DNA of 30,780 nt. Source: a virus. Shown in pieces: positions 8,108 to 16,435 of this stretch. The DNA is taken from the UHGV virus genome UHGV-1368348. One strand, given 5' to 3'. Numbering within the stretch: position 1 is the stretch's first letter; each line of letters starts with the position of its first letter. A program made the position numbers and the translations under genes. The notes below the pieces were generated by a model. That model saw only the letters and a list, made by a program, of their open reading frames with translations. It did not search any database and was not told the origin of the DNA.

Positions 8108-8409
8108 TGGATAAACAAGAAATGAGAAAATCAAATTTTTTGGATGAATATAGAAAAGCTGGTTGGAAACTATGTTCAAAAATTCTTGGCATAAACGAAG
8201 AGGAGGAAAAATCAATGAATGAACAATATAGTATTGAATGGTTTGAATTTACTGATAATATTGCTGAAAAATTAAATGAACTATCAAAAACATATGCAAT
8301 ATGCGATGTTAAATATGTTGTGACTTGGTCGCCAAATATGGCATACGATAAAACTTATGCACTGATAAAAGCGATCCGTTTAGACGAACCGATTTTTAGA
8401 GATAAATAA
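8107..8409 (+). CDS. Hypothetical protein, 100 aa
   Basis: ORF track. Start overlaps the previous stop (ATGA-type coupling). Confidence 0.4.
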   Translation: MDKQEMRKSNFLDEYRKAGWKLCSKILGINEEEEKSMNEQYSIEWFEFTDNIAEKLNELSKTYAICDVKYVVTWSPNMAYDKTYALIKAIRLDEPIFRDK

Positions 8410-8453
8410 ATTCAGGTAGGAAATAAAATTCCGAAAAGGAGAAAAGCAAGTAT

Positions 8454-9353
8454 ATGAAAAATATACAACCTTACTTTTCTCATGATAGCAATGCACGAAA
8501 TTCTGATGAGTTAATTCCAGTACGCATGAAATTTGGTGCAGAAGGTTATGGCGTATATTTTATGTTGTTAGAACGATTAAGAGAAGAAGGAAACTACACG
8601 AGTATCAAAGATTATAATACGATAGCCTTTGATCTTCGTGTAGATACTTCAATCATTAAATCAGTTATTGAAGACTTTGGGTTATTTGCCTTCACCGAAG
8701 ACGGTGAGTGTTTTTACTCCGAAGGCTTGAATAAGCGAATGGCCTTTATGGAAGAAAAATCAAAAAAACGTTCTGAAGCAGGTAGAAAAGGCGCTGAAAA
8801 ACGCTGGTCACAAAATCAAAATGAGTCAAATGCTATGAATGAGGAAAATAAAAATATAGCAAAAAAATGGCAAACGGATAGCAATGCTATAGCAAAGCCA
8901 TCAAAAAAAAATAGCAAACCTAAAAATGCTAATGCGATTGCTACCGAAAAAAATAGCAATAAAATAAAAGAAAATAAAAACAAAGAAAATAAAATAAAAA
9001 CAAAAGAAACTGCTGCTTATTCTAGTGTAGATAAGACAAAAGATAGTAAAGCTGTTTCCTACTGGTTAACTCAAGTCCACCCAGCAGAAGCACCAACGAT
9101 TATGGAATCAATTAATTTTTGGGTAGAAGATTTTGGAGGATATGACGAAATTGTTATATTGGCCATTGATGAAATGTTGAAAAATGGGGCTAAGAGCTAT
9201 AACTATTTGGATACCATTCTAAAATCTTGGGAAACAAAAAAACTAGATACACCTGAAAAGGTGAAAAAACATTTATCTGGTTATTACAACAAGCGCAAGA
9301 ATGATAATAACCAAAAAGGTGGGAGTATGAGTGACTGGGACGAATTACTTTGA
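8454..9353 (+). CDS. Phage replisome organiser (DnaD-like N-terminal domain), 299 aa
   Basis: N-terminus YFSHDSNARNSDELIPVRMKFGAEGYGVYFMLLERLREEGNY...AFDLRVDTSIIKSVIEDFGLFAF matches the replisome-organiser N-terminal domain family (DnaD-like) from memory. Lys/Asn-rich linker. Immediately upstream of the helicase-loader gene, the usual arrangement. Confidence 0.7.
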   Translation: MKNIQPYFSHDSNARNSDELIPVRMKFGAEGYGVYFMLLERLREEGNYTSIKDYNTIAFDLRVDTSIIKSVIEDFGLFAFTEDGECFYSEGLNKRMAFMEEKSKKRSEAGRKGAEKRWSQNQNESNAMNEENKNIAKKWQTDSNAIAKPSKKNSKPKNANAIATEKNSNKIKENKNKENKIKTKETAAYSSVDKTKDSKAVSYWLTQVHPAEAPTIMESINFWVEDFGGYDEIVILAIDEMLKNGAKSYNYLDTILKSWETKKLDTPEKVKKHLSGYYNKRKNDNNQKGGSMSDWDELL

Positions 9354-10212
9354 GTATTTATCACAAGTGCATGAAATAGACGAACGTTGCGAGATTCACG
9401 GTACTCGATTAAAAGTTTTTAAAGACTTTGAACCGTTTTGTCTAGCTTGTAGGGAAGAACGTATCAGGGAAGAAGAACAAAAGAGATTCGAACAAGCTTT
9501 TGACAGGAAGAAGCGACGGACTACACAAGAGGTTCTTTTAAAGGACAGCGTTTATACTGATTCAACACTGCAATCCGCTTGCTTTGAAAATTACCATGCG
9601 AAACCAGGTACTGAAGCAGAACAGGCCAAAGAATTTGCTATAAATCAAGCAAGGGAGTATTACCGAGTACGTTTAGAAAATAATAAATCAATTGAGCAAG
9701 AACAAGAAGAGCAACAGCCAGCATTTACTACGGTCTTTAGTGGACCAGTTGGCGTTGGGAAAAGTCATTTAGCAATGAGTATTTTAAAAAAATTGAATGA
9801 ATATAACGATTTGAGTTACTCGTGTTTATTTTTCAGTCTGGATCAATTATTGCGACGTATTCGAAATAGTTATGATGATGAAAGTGAGTATCTAACTGAA
9901 GCACGAGCGGTACAACTGGCGCTAGACGCTGATTATTTTGTACTTGATGATTTAGGAGCAGAGGTAGGAAGCATTGAAACGAATAAGCGAGCTACTGACT
10001 TTATGATTCGGGTATTAAATGCAATCGTTGATGGTCGCCAAGGAAAAGGATTGATTATTACAACGAATCTAACAAACTTACAGATTCAAGCAATTTATGG
10101 GCATCGGATTTACAGTCGTTTATTTGCAAACTCAAAAAATCATTTGTTTATTTTCAATGACGAACGACAAACACCAGACTATCGATTAATGGGCGGTGAA
10201 AAAAATGTGTAA
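9331..10212 (+). CDS. DnaC/IstB-like AAA+ helicase loader, 293 aa (GTG start)
   Basis: Walker A FSGPVGVGKSHLAMSI. Walker B YFVLDDLGAE. Sensor GLIITTNL. N-terminal CxxC pair (CEIHG...CLAC). Start overlaps the organiser stop. Confidence 0.85.
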   Translation: MTGTNYFEYLSQVHEIDERCEIHGTRLKVFKDFEPFCLACREERIREEEQKRFEQAFDRKKRRTTQEVLLKDSVYTDSTLQSACFENYHAKPGTEAEQAKEFAINQAREYYRVRLENNKSIEQEQEEQQPAFTTVFSGPVGVGKSHLAMSILKKLNEYNDLSYSCLFFSLDQLLRRIRNSYDDESEYLTEARAVQLALDADYFVLDDLGAEVGSIETNKRATDFMIRVLNAIVDGRQGKGLIITTNLTNLQIQAIYGHRIYSRLFANSKNHLFIFNDERQTPDYRLMGGEKNV

Positions 10213-10396
10213 GTGGTGTAATGACAAACGAGTGGTACAAGAATTTGATTCACTTTTTGGCATTTTAAAGGTTAAGCCTTGTCCTGTTTGTAATCAAATA
10301 GTCAATAATTACGAAGCTCAAAAGGACGGTGACCTATTAAATGACAGACAATTTTTGGATGCTCCGGGGAAATCAATTGAAAAAATGGCGAGATAG
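10196..10396 (+). CDS. Small zinc-ribbon protein, 66 aa
   Basis: CKWC ... CPVC spacing is typical of a zinc ribbon. Confidence 0.45.
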   Translation: MKKMCKWCNDKRVVQEFDSLFGILKVKPCPVCNQIVNNYEAQKDGDLLNDRQFLDAPGKSIEKMAR

Positions 10397-10577
10397 AAGA
10401 AATCTAACACAAAAACAATTAGCCATGAAAATAGGTTGTCAACGTATGACGATTAGCAGGATAGAACAAGAAAAGCAAAAACCATCGTTAGAATTAGCCT
10501 ATTCTTTAGCAAATGCTTTAGATTTAAAGATAGAAGACCTCTTTTTATTTGAAAACAAGGAGCGTGAAAATGTGTGA
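10341..10577 (+). CDS. XRE-family HTH protein, 78 aa (may start at ATG 10359)
   Basis: LTQKQLAMKIGCQRMTISRIEQEKQKPSLELAYSLANAL is a canonical XRE HTH. Overlaps the upstream ORF in another frame. Confidence 0.6.
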   Translation: MTDNFWMLRGNQLKKWRDRRNLTQKQLAMKIGCQRMTISRIEQEKQKPSLELAYSLANALDLKIEDLFLFENKERENV

Positions 10578-10843
10578 TCACTGAAAATTATATTTATTCA
10601 GAAGGAAGAAGATTCGATGTACCGATTAAAAGAAAACGGACAAAAAGTAATGTAAAAGTTGGCGGCATTTATTGGTGTTCTGTAAAACCGTTTCAAGGTA
10701 AGATACGTGCGGAATGTTTAACGATTTACGATAACTCGGCATTAGTAAAAATTATCGTATGTGAAAAAGAAGCCGATGAAGCGTTACAAGTTCAATTAAA
10801 TCACCTAACTGTGGTTAGCTTAAAAAATATGAAAGGCGTGTAA
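10574..10843 (+). CDS. Hypothetical protein, 89 aa
   Basis: ORF track only. Confidence 0.35.
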   Translation: MITENYIYSEGRRFDVPIKRKRTKSNVKVGGIYWCSVKPFQGKIRAECLTIYDNSALVKIIVCEKEADEALQVQLNHLTVVSLKNMKGV

Positions 10844-10846
10844 TAA

Positions 10847-11071
10847 ATGAGTAAGCAAAAGAGAAAGTCGTTAGCTTCTGATTACCCTTATAAGCGCATC
10901 AAAGAGGTTGCAAGGCGTTATGGGTATAAATGTCTTAGTAACGTAAAAGAATGGGACTGTGGCCGTTTTGAGGCGTTTGACTGGCATATTGGAAAAGTAA
11001 TCTTAGTAGACTTAAAGGAAGCGAGTGTGAGTGAATGGAATCCAATGACAAAAGAGTGGGATCAACAATAG
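10847..11071 (+). CDS. Hypothetical protein, 74 aa
   Basis: ORF track only. Confidence 0.35.
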   Translation: MSKQKRKSLASDYPYKRIKEVARRYGYKCLSNVKEWDCGRFEAFDWHIGKVILVDLKEASVSEWNPMTKEWDQQ

Positions 11072-11283
11072 AATTAGCGCCAGAACAAGAGAACATGATT
11101 CGTGTATGTACCCGCCAATACATGGATGATACAAATAATTATCCTAGAGCATGGTCTGATCGGAAAGACGCTGTTATTACCAAGTATAAACCTGTCTATC
11201 GTCTAATGGAGAAATACCCTGAGCCAGCAATGATTCAACGAATCGGCAATATAATTGTGGACGAATGGCGCAAGTATGAATAA
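11035..11283 (+). CDS. Hypothetical protein, 82 aa
   Basis: ORF track only. Overlaps the previous ORF in another frame. Confidence 0.35.
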   Translation: MESNDKRVGSTIELAPEQENMIRVCTRQYMDDTNNYPRAWSDRKDAVITKYKPVYRLMEKYPEPAMIQRIGNIIVDEWRKYE

Positions 11284-11350
11284 CCTTTTTTCTAAAAAGA
11301 GTTATTCTGTTATAATTAACAGAAAGAAGTAAGGAACAGGAGAATAACCC

Positions 11351-11914
11351 ATGGCAAAATTCCAGAATGTATTTAAAGAAGCAAGTCGACGCATGAAAAA
11401 TTTCCAAGCTCGTGGCTTTATTCCATCAGGTTCTAAGTATGTTTTCCAAGATTTTGTCAATGAAGTATCGGCAGAGAACAGAGGAGAAAACTACACAGGT
11501 GCTTATACAAAGAATGCATATAATCAAGCCTATGGATCAAATATAGATTACGATTCGTCAGAAACCTTTCAAGAGATTCAACAAGGTCGAAATGAGAAGC
11601 TTGTTGAAATTTACCAAAAAGAATTACTAGAAATTTATCATACGAATGATTTCTATGATATGGCATCTGATTACGGAAATGGCCGAGGAGGAGGTTTTTC
11701 GCCTTCTGAAGTAATGAATATCGATACTCTTGAAGGACTAATTGATAATGCAAGCGAAGCTATGAATGTAGAGCCTTATCTATTTAGAAATAAAGTAGGG
11801 CGTAATAGAAGTGAAGAATCTAGTATGATGGACACATATCAAAACCAATTCATCGAAGAGTTAGGTCGTTTAATCGATGAAATGAGCGAACAAAAAATGA
11901 AATATAAATACTAA
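11351..11914 (+). CDS. Hypothetical 187-aa protein immediately upstream of the PolB-palm remnant; possible decayed exonuclease domain (or terminal-protein remnant)
   Basis: Size matches the phi29 DNA-polymerase exonuclease domain (about 189 aa). It contains NIDYD (an Nx2YD, Exo II-like pattern) and YHTND (a Yx3D, Exo III-like pattern), but no canonical DxE Exo I motif, and the spacing is far too compressed. The assignment is weak. Confidence 0.3.
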   Translation: MAKFQNVFKEASRRMKNFQARGFIPSGSKYVFQDFVNEVSAENRGENYTGAYTKNAYNQAYGSNIDYDSSETFQEIQQGRNEKLVEIYQKELLEIYHTNDFYDMASDYGNGRGGGFSPSEVMNIDTLEGLIDNASEAMNVEPYLFRNKVGRNRSEESSMMDTYQNQFIEELGRLIDEMSEQKMKYKY

Positions 11915-11921
11915 AGGTTAG

Positions 11922-12932
11922 GTGGAACTTATGAGCAATGAGGTAATGAAATCTGATGCATTTCAAACAAAAGTAAAAACAATGTTAGGGTTAACTTATT
12001 TAACACGTGCCATATTAGATGGATTTAACGGAAACCACTACATTTTGAAAGACATCTATGTAAATTCTACTAAAAATACTTCGCAAATCCATTACCTTGG
12101 TTGGGATGATCCACAAAAAATACCTTTTTATCCTGATACAGATAGTTATCGTGGAGCAACTTCAGGAAGCAAGTACAACAAAGAGTTACTTGTTCCTAAT
12201 GAACGAATGATTGAATATGATTTTGCTGAAGCATATACAAATATCATGAGAAACTATAAACTGCCATCGAATGTATACCTAGAAAATGTGCGTTTTGATA
12301 AAGAAAAATTATTAGAGCGGTTAGCTAGTTATGATAAACCTCAACCATACAAAGAATTATCAACGTTCGTTTTTGTAAAAGTTGCCATTGAAGCAATTGC
12401 AAAAGAAAGTACGTATACTGCTTTTGGTTCACATTTTCAACAATATCGAAAAAATCTTAGTCGTACATTAACAGTTACTGAAATTGAATTAAAGTTAATT
12501 ATGGATTTTTATGATGTAAAAGCATTAGAAATACTAGAAACGTATACTTTCCGAACACGTAAAGGCCTGTTAGAAGATTATTTTGAAAAAATTGATCGAC
12601 TAAAAGAGGATGAAGAAACCAAATTCTTTTATAAAATGTTACGGAACAAAATTTATGGAACGATTGGTAAACGAGAATTGTCTGCTCACGAAGCAAAAAT
12701 ATTTAAGTTTCCAATGTATAATCGTGCGTTTTCTTCAATGGTAGCTGGCGTGTTTAGAGATAGAATTGCACGCTACGAACAAAAGTATGTAAATAGTGAA
12801 TATGGACTTGTATTAATTAAAACAGACGGCCTGTATTTTAAAAAAGAAGTTCCTGAATTTGAAGCATTAAACAAAAAAGGGATTGTAAAGAAAAAAGTAC
12901 ATGTTATTACAGACCATGATGTGAAAAATTAA
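11922..12932 (+). CDS. Family-B DNA polymerase polymerisation (palm) domain remnant, 336 aa; lacks exonuclease and thumb domains; motif C degenerate
   Basis: Ordered motifs: YRGA (res 76-79, YxGG/A-like); DFAEAYTNIM (D100, Dx2SLYP-like motif A; Y at +5 and M at +9 as in phi29); KMLRNKIYG (res 238-246, Kx3NSxYG-like motif B); KTDG (res 300-303, where YxDTDS is expected; the first Asp is Lys). A-B spacing is about 138 and B-C about 62, against 134 and 73 in phi29. The protein ends 34 aa after motif C, so there is no KxY motif and no thumb. Confidence 0.55.
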   Translation: MELMSNEVMKSDAFQTKVKTMLGLTYLTRAILDGFNGNHYILKDIYVNSTKNTSQIHYLGWDDPQKIPFYPDTDSYRGATSGSKYNKELLVPNERMIEYDFAEAYTNIMRNYKLPSNVYLENVRFDKEKLLERLASYDKPQPYKELSTFVFVKVAIEAIAKESTYTAFGSHFQQYRKNLSRTLTVTEIELKLIMDFYDVKALEILETYTFRTRKGLLEDYFEKIDRLKEDEETKFFYKMLRNKIYGTIGKRELSAHEAKIFKFPMYNRAFSSMVAGVFRDRIARYEQKYVNSEYGLVLIKTDGLYFKKEVPEFEALNKKGIVKKKVHVITDHDVKN

Positions 12933-12991
12933 AAAAGAAATAAAAAGCGAAGCAGACAAGCTTTGCTTTTTTGATAGAGAGTGTGAAAAGA

Positions 12992-14164
12992 ATGGAGAAA
13001 AATAAATATGAAACGGAAGAAGGTTATTTAAATGTGCCAATCATATGGGAAGAAGTGGAACAATTCGCTTTTTTAGTTGGCGCACGAAACGTAGGTAAAA
13101 CTTATGGATTCTTAAATTTTTCAATCAAACGAGGATTAGCTACTATTTTAGAATGTTTTGATTTTTCTACGCTACAGGAATTTAAAAAATTACCTACTTT
13201 GATGGAAGCAGAATTTCAATTTTTATTTTTACGCCGATATATTACACAAGCTAAGTCTGCCAGTAGAAATTTAGTATTGGCTGATTTTTATCAACCATTT
13301 TTAGATAAGTTGCCTGAAGAAGTAAAAAAACAATATGAAGTATTTGTAGAATATCAGGGATCGTCAGAAGAACCTAGAGAAATACTATTAGTTTTTAGAA
13401 ATAAGGAACTAAAAAAAGATAAAAAATGTATTAAATTAGGATATCTTGGTGCGGTAAGTATGGCAGAAAAATTTAGAGGACCAGGTCTGCCAAAAGTAAA
13501 AGTAATATTATTGGATGAATTTCAATCGAAAAAAAATTGGGATTATTTACCAAATGAACCTGTAGAGCTAGAAGATATTTATGAATCTGTTGGACGTTTA
13601 AGATGTGGAACTGGAGATATTAAAGTGATTGCATTAGGGAATTCAGGGACAATTTTAAATCCTTATTTTGATTATTATGGATATGACGAATTCACGGAGG
13701 TTAAAACAGTAAAACGTGAAGGAGAAGTTCTTTTTTATCATTTACCAAATAAAGCAAAAAGAAGCGAGCAATCTAAAAATTTATTTAAAGGATCAGCATA
13801 TGGTAAATATTCATTAGATAATGATTTTGCGGACAATCAGTTATTTAATGTCATTCGCTTAAAAGAAGCAAAAACACCTCGAAAATGTCTATATAATATT
13901 TTCTTTGGGGAAACATATATCGGTGTCTGGAGAACAGGAGACTATAAAATTCTAATTAGCCGTGTAAGTGATCCAGATAAATTAGATATTGTTGATAGGA
14001 CACCTATAGAAGAACAAGTGCTAGATCAACAAGTATACAGGGTACTTTCAGATAAACTACAAAACAAACAACTTTATTTTGATTCGCCAGAATTGAGGTT
14101 AATTGCTGAAAAACACTTGCGCAAATATATTTATAATTCGGCGAGTGAATGGGAAACCTTTTAA
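12992..14164 (+). CDS. phi29 gp16-like DNA encapsidation (packaging) ATPase, about 390 aa
   Basis: Walker A FLVGARNVGKTY (phi29: FVIGARGIGKSY), FLFLRRY (phi29: FIYVRRY), Walker B VILLDEF (phi29: TIVFDEF), LRCGTGDIKVIALGNSGTILNPYF (phi29: ...RVRCICLSNAVSVVNPYF). The TTG at 12971 lies inside the upstream terminator T-run, so ATG 12992 is preferred. Confidence 0.85.
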   Translation: MEKNKYETEEGYLNVPIIWEEVEQFAFLVGARNVGKTYGFLNFSIKRGLATILECFDFSTLQEFKKLPTLMEAEFQFLFLRRYITQAKSASRNLVLADFYQPFLDKLPEEVKKQYEVFVEYQGSSEEPREILLVFRNKELKKDKKCIKLGYLGAVSMAEKFRGPGLPKVKVILLDEFQSKKNWDYLPNEPVELEDIYESVGRLRCGTGDIKVIALGNSGTILNPYFDYYGYDEFTEVKTVKREGEVLFYHLPNKAKRSEQSKNLFKGSAYGKYSLDNDFADNQLFNVIRLKEAKTPRKCLYNIFFGETYIGVWRTGDYKILISRVSDPDKLDIVDRTPIEEQVLDQQVYRVLSDKLQNKQLYFDSPELRLIAEKHLRKYIYNSASEWETF

Positions 14165-14170
14165 CAAATA

Positions 14171-14205
14171 AAAAAACCACTCTATCAAAATTAGAGTGGT
14201 TTTTA
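14171..14205 (+). terminator. Rho-independent terminator after the packaging ATPase gene
   Basis: Stem aaaaccactct / agagtggtttt with an 8-nt loop and a T-run. Confidence 0.8.
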
Positions 14206-14356
14206 TGTTGTCAAGAGGTAAAAATGAGCGAAGTATGTCGCATTGATGAGCGATGTACGTCGCTTTTTGATTTTTTCAAAAGAAAACATGCTAAACTTCA
14301 CTTGAAATTTAAAAACTGGTGAAGTAAAAAAACTAAATTTGAAGGGAGGGTAGGAA

Positions 14357-14932
14357 ATGTTCAGTAAAGAAGATATGTTAACCTATGAAAAATTTAATAA
14401 AAATATACGAATGTTTCCTAACTTCTCGCTTGATTATGTTTATGGGAAAATCAATATATTTTATGACTTTCATAAAGATAAACAAGGTAAAAATACAAAC
14501 TATAATCGTGAGTTGCTTTTTTCAATAAGTACACTTAAACCTTTTAGAATTATAGCTCCAGCAGGGTATCGCTTAATTCAATTTAAAAGTGTTCCGAATT
14601 TTGAAAATATTGAAACATTAGCAATTAAATTATCAAGGACACCAATTAGCTTTCGTGGGGAAATTCCTTTAAATCATTCAAATGGTGACTTAGAATCTGG
14701 TGTTCTTGTTAGAGTTAACAGTTTAGAAGAAATTCTAAAGCCTAGAAAAGATAAAGCATATATTTTACCTAATGGAGAAATGTATATTCTTGATAATGAG
14801 GGAAAGCAACTTATTAAAATAGGCGGTAGTGATGGGAATATTGACTTAACGAAGTATGCGAAAAAACCAGAAGATATTGATATCATGGACCCGCAACTAA
14901 AGGCATTCATTGAAGAAGTTATAAAAGAGTAG
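14357..14932 (+). CDS. Fibre/receptor-binding module protein 1, 191 aa
   Basis: C-terminal segment IDLTKYAKKPEDIDIMDPQLKAFIEEVIKE is repeated at the C-terminus of the next ORF. RBS GGGAGGG. Confidence 0.5.
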   Translation: MFSKEDMLTYEKFNKNIRMFPNFSLDYVYGKINIFYDFHKDKQGKNTNYNRELLFSISTLKPFRIIAPAGYRLIQFKSVPNFENIETLAIKLSRTPISFRGEIPLNHSNGDLESGVLVRVNSLEEILKPRKDKAYILPNGEMYILDNEGKQLIKIGGSDGNIDLTKYAKKPEDIDIMDPQLKAFIEEVIKE

Positions 14933-14938
14933 GAGTGA

Positions 14939-15181
14939 TTGGTAGTGAATGATGTAACTAAATTAACAAAAGCAGTAAAAAAATTATTTGATAAAATAGC
15001 AAATCTTGTAACGAAAGAAGAATTACAAAGTTATGCAAAAAAAACTGATATTCCAAATACAGATAATTTTGTAACAAAAACACAGCTTGAATCTGATTTA
15101 ACGAAATATGCGAAAAAACCAGAAGATGTATCGATTACAGATACAGAATTAAATCAATGGCTTGAAGAATTCATACAATAA
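14939..15181 (+). CDS. Fibre module paralogue 2, 80 aa
   Basis: Shares C-terminal DLTKYAKKPEDVSITDTELNQWLEEFIQ with ORF 14357-14932. N-terminal VNDVTKLTKAVKKLFDKI resembles the N-terminus of ORF 15198-16019 (NDVLRLAKAVRKINTIF). Confidence 0.45.
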   Translation: MVVNDVTKLTKAVKKLFDKIANLVTKEELQSYAKKTDIPNTDNFVTKTQLESDLTKYAKKPEDVSITDTELNQWLEEFIQ

Positions 15182-15197
15182 GAAAGGCCTGATATAA

Positions 15198-16019
15198 GTG
15201 AACGATGTGTTGAGGTTAGCAAAAGCAGTAAGAAAAATAAATACAATTTTTTCTACGTTTAAAGATAGTATTTATACAAAAAATGAAGCAGACAATAAAT
15301 TCATAAACCAAGAGTTGATGGAAAATGGATTGTATGTAATTAAAAATAAAAATATTGAAAATATGAATGATGCTATTCAACCAGGTGTTTATTCAATTTC
15401 AGCTACAGGAGTTGAAAATAAACCTTTACCTAACTCTGGTTCTCTATTCGTCAATAAAGATCCAGGAGGAATCAGACAGTTCTTTCAGACGGAGAGAACA
15501 ATTTTTATCCGCCAATTCGGGGGAATTCCTCCGTCCTGGACGGATTGGAAAGAATTAGGCTTAAAAGGTCCAAAAGGTGATACTGGTCCGATTGGTCCAC
15601 AGGGACCAAAGGGAGATACACCTGATATAAGCAATTTAGTAACAAAAACACAGTATACAAATGATTTGAATAAAAAGATTGATAAAACAGCATTTAATGC
15701 TATAGGGCAACATATTTCTTTTAATGGAATCACTATACACATTCAAAAATCGAATACAGTTGTTACATGTAATGTCGAAGGAATCTTTAAAAAAGGGAAA
15801 GCCAACGGATGGCATGAGGTGTCGACAAGAGCAGAAACAAGTTATAGACCAGTTAACATGATTATTAAAGTACCTTTAACAATAAATATAGGGAATACCA
15901 TTCAAATAAATAAGTATGCAGCATTACAAATAGAAACATCTGGTCGAATCATGATTCGAGTTTATGGACTTCAAAATGACGATGTAGAGTTTGGAGGGAG
16001 TGCAACATGGATAAGATAA
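15198..16019 (+). CDS. Tail/head fibre protein with collagen-like Gly-X-Y segment, 273 aa (GTG start)
   Basis: GPKGDTGPIGPQGPKGDT collagen triplets. The N-terminus is paralogous to 14939-15181. The C-terminal beta-rich domain is typical of receptor-binding fibres. Confidence 0.55.
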   Translation: MNDVLRLAKAVRKINTIFSTFKDSIYTKNEADNKFINQELMENGLYVIKNKNIENMNDAIQPGVYSISATGVENKPLPNSGSLFVNKDPGGIRQFFQTERTIFIRQFGGIPPSWTDWKELGLKGPKGDTGPIGPQGPKGDTPDISNLVTKTQYTNDLNKKIDKTAFNAIGQHISFNGITIHIQKSNTVVTCNVEGIFKKGKANGWHEVSTRAETSYRPVNMIIKVPLTINIGNTIQINKYAALQIETSGRIMIRVYGLQNDDVEFGGSATWIR

Positions 16020-16435
16020 AAATATGGATTACAGTGGACGAAAATCAAATGCTTGCGGACTATTCACTCGCTGCTAAGGAAAATTATATTGAAATTGAAG
16101 TAACTGAAGAGCCGAAAGATTATTTGAATTGGGGATTACGCAATGGCAAATTAGTTCATTATCCTGATGATTTAAATGATTTAACAAACAATAGAACAAC
16201 TTCTTTTGTCGGAAATGTAATGTTGAACTTTGCAGTTATTTCATGGGCGTTGTCCTATATACCGCTAATCGGAAAAATCGTTCTAGATTATCCTAAATAT
16301 ACTGATATTCAGTACGAATACGAACTACTTGGATTGACTGATGATAATATGGAAACATTTGTTAAATTTAAACGTATCACAGAAAAACAATATAAAGAAA
16401 TAACAGGAAAAACTTATCATGAAAATGAAAGTTAG
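16007..16435 (+). CDS. Hypothetical protein, 142 aa
   Basis: ORF track. Coupled to the preceding fibre gene. Function unknown. Confidence 0.4.
   Translation: MDKIKIWITVDENQMLADYSLAAKENYIEIEVTEEPKDYLNWGLRNGKLVHYPDDLNDLTNNRTTSFVGNVMLNFAVISWALSYIPLIGKIVLDYPKYTDIQYEYELLGLTDDNMETFVKFKRITEKQYKEITGKTYHENES

Noticed and set aside
12939-12972. Possible terminator between the PolB-remnant and the ATPase gene (aagcgaagc-agacaa-gctttgctttttt)
   Set aside because: The stem has a mismatch and is short. It plausibly attenuates but is too weak to call confidently.
12971-12991. TTG start at 12971 for the packaging ATPase
   Set aside because: The TTG lies inside the T-run of the upstream terminator hairpin. 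ATG 12992 is more plausible.
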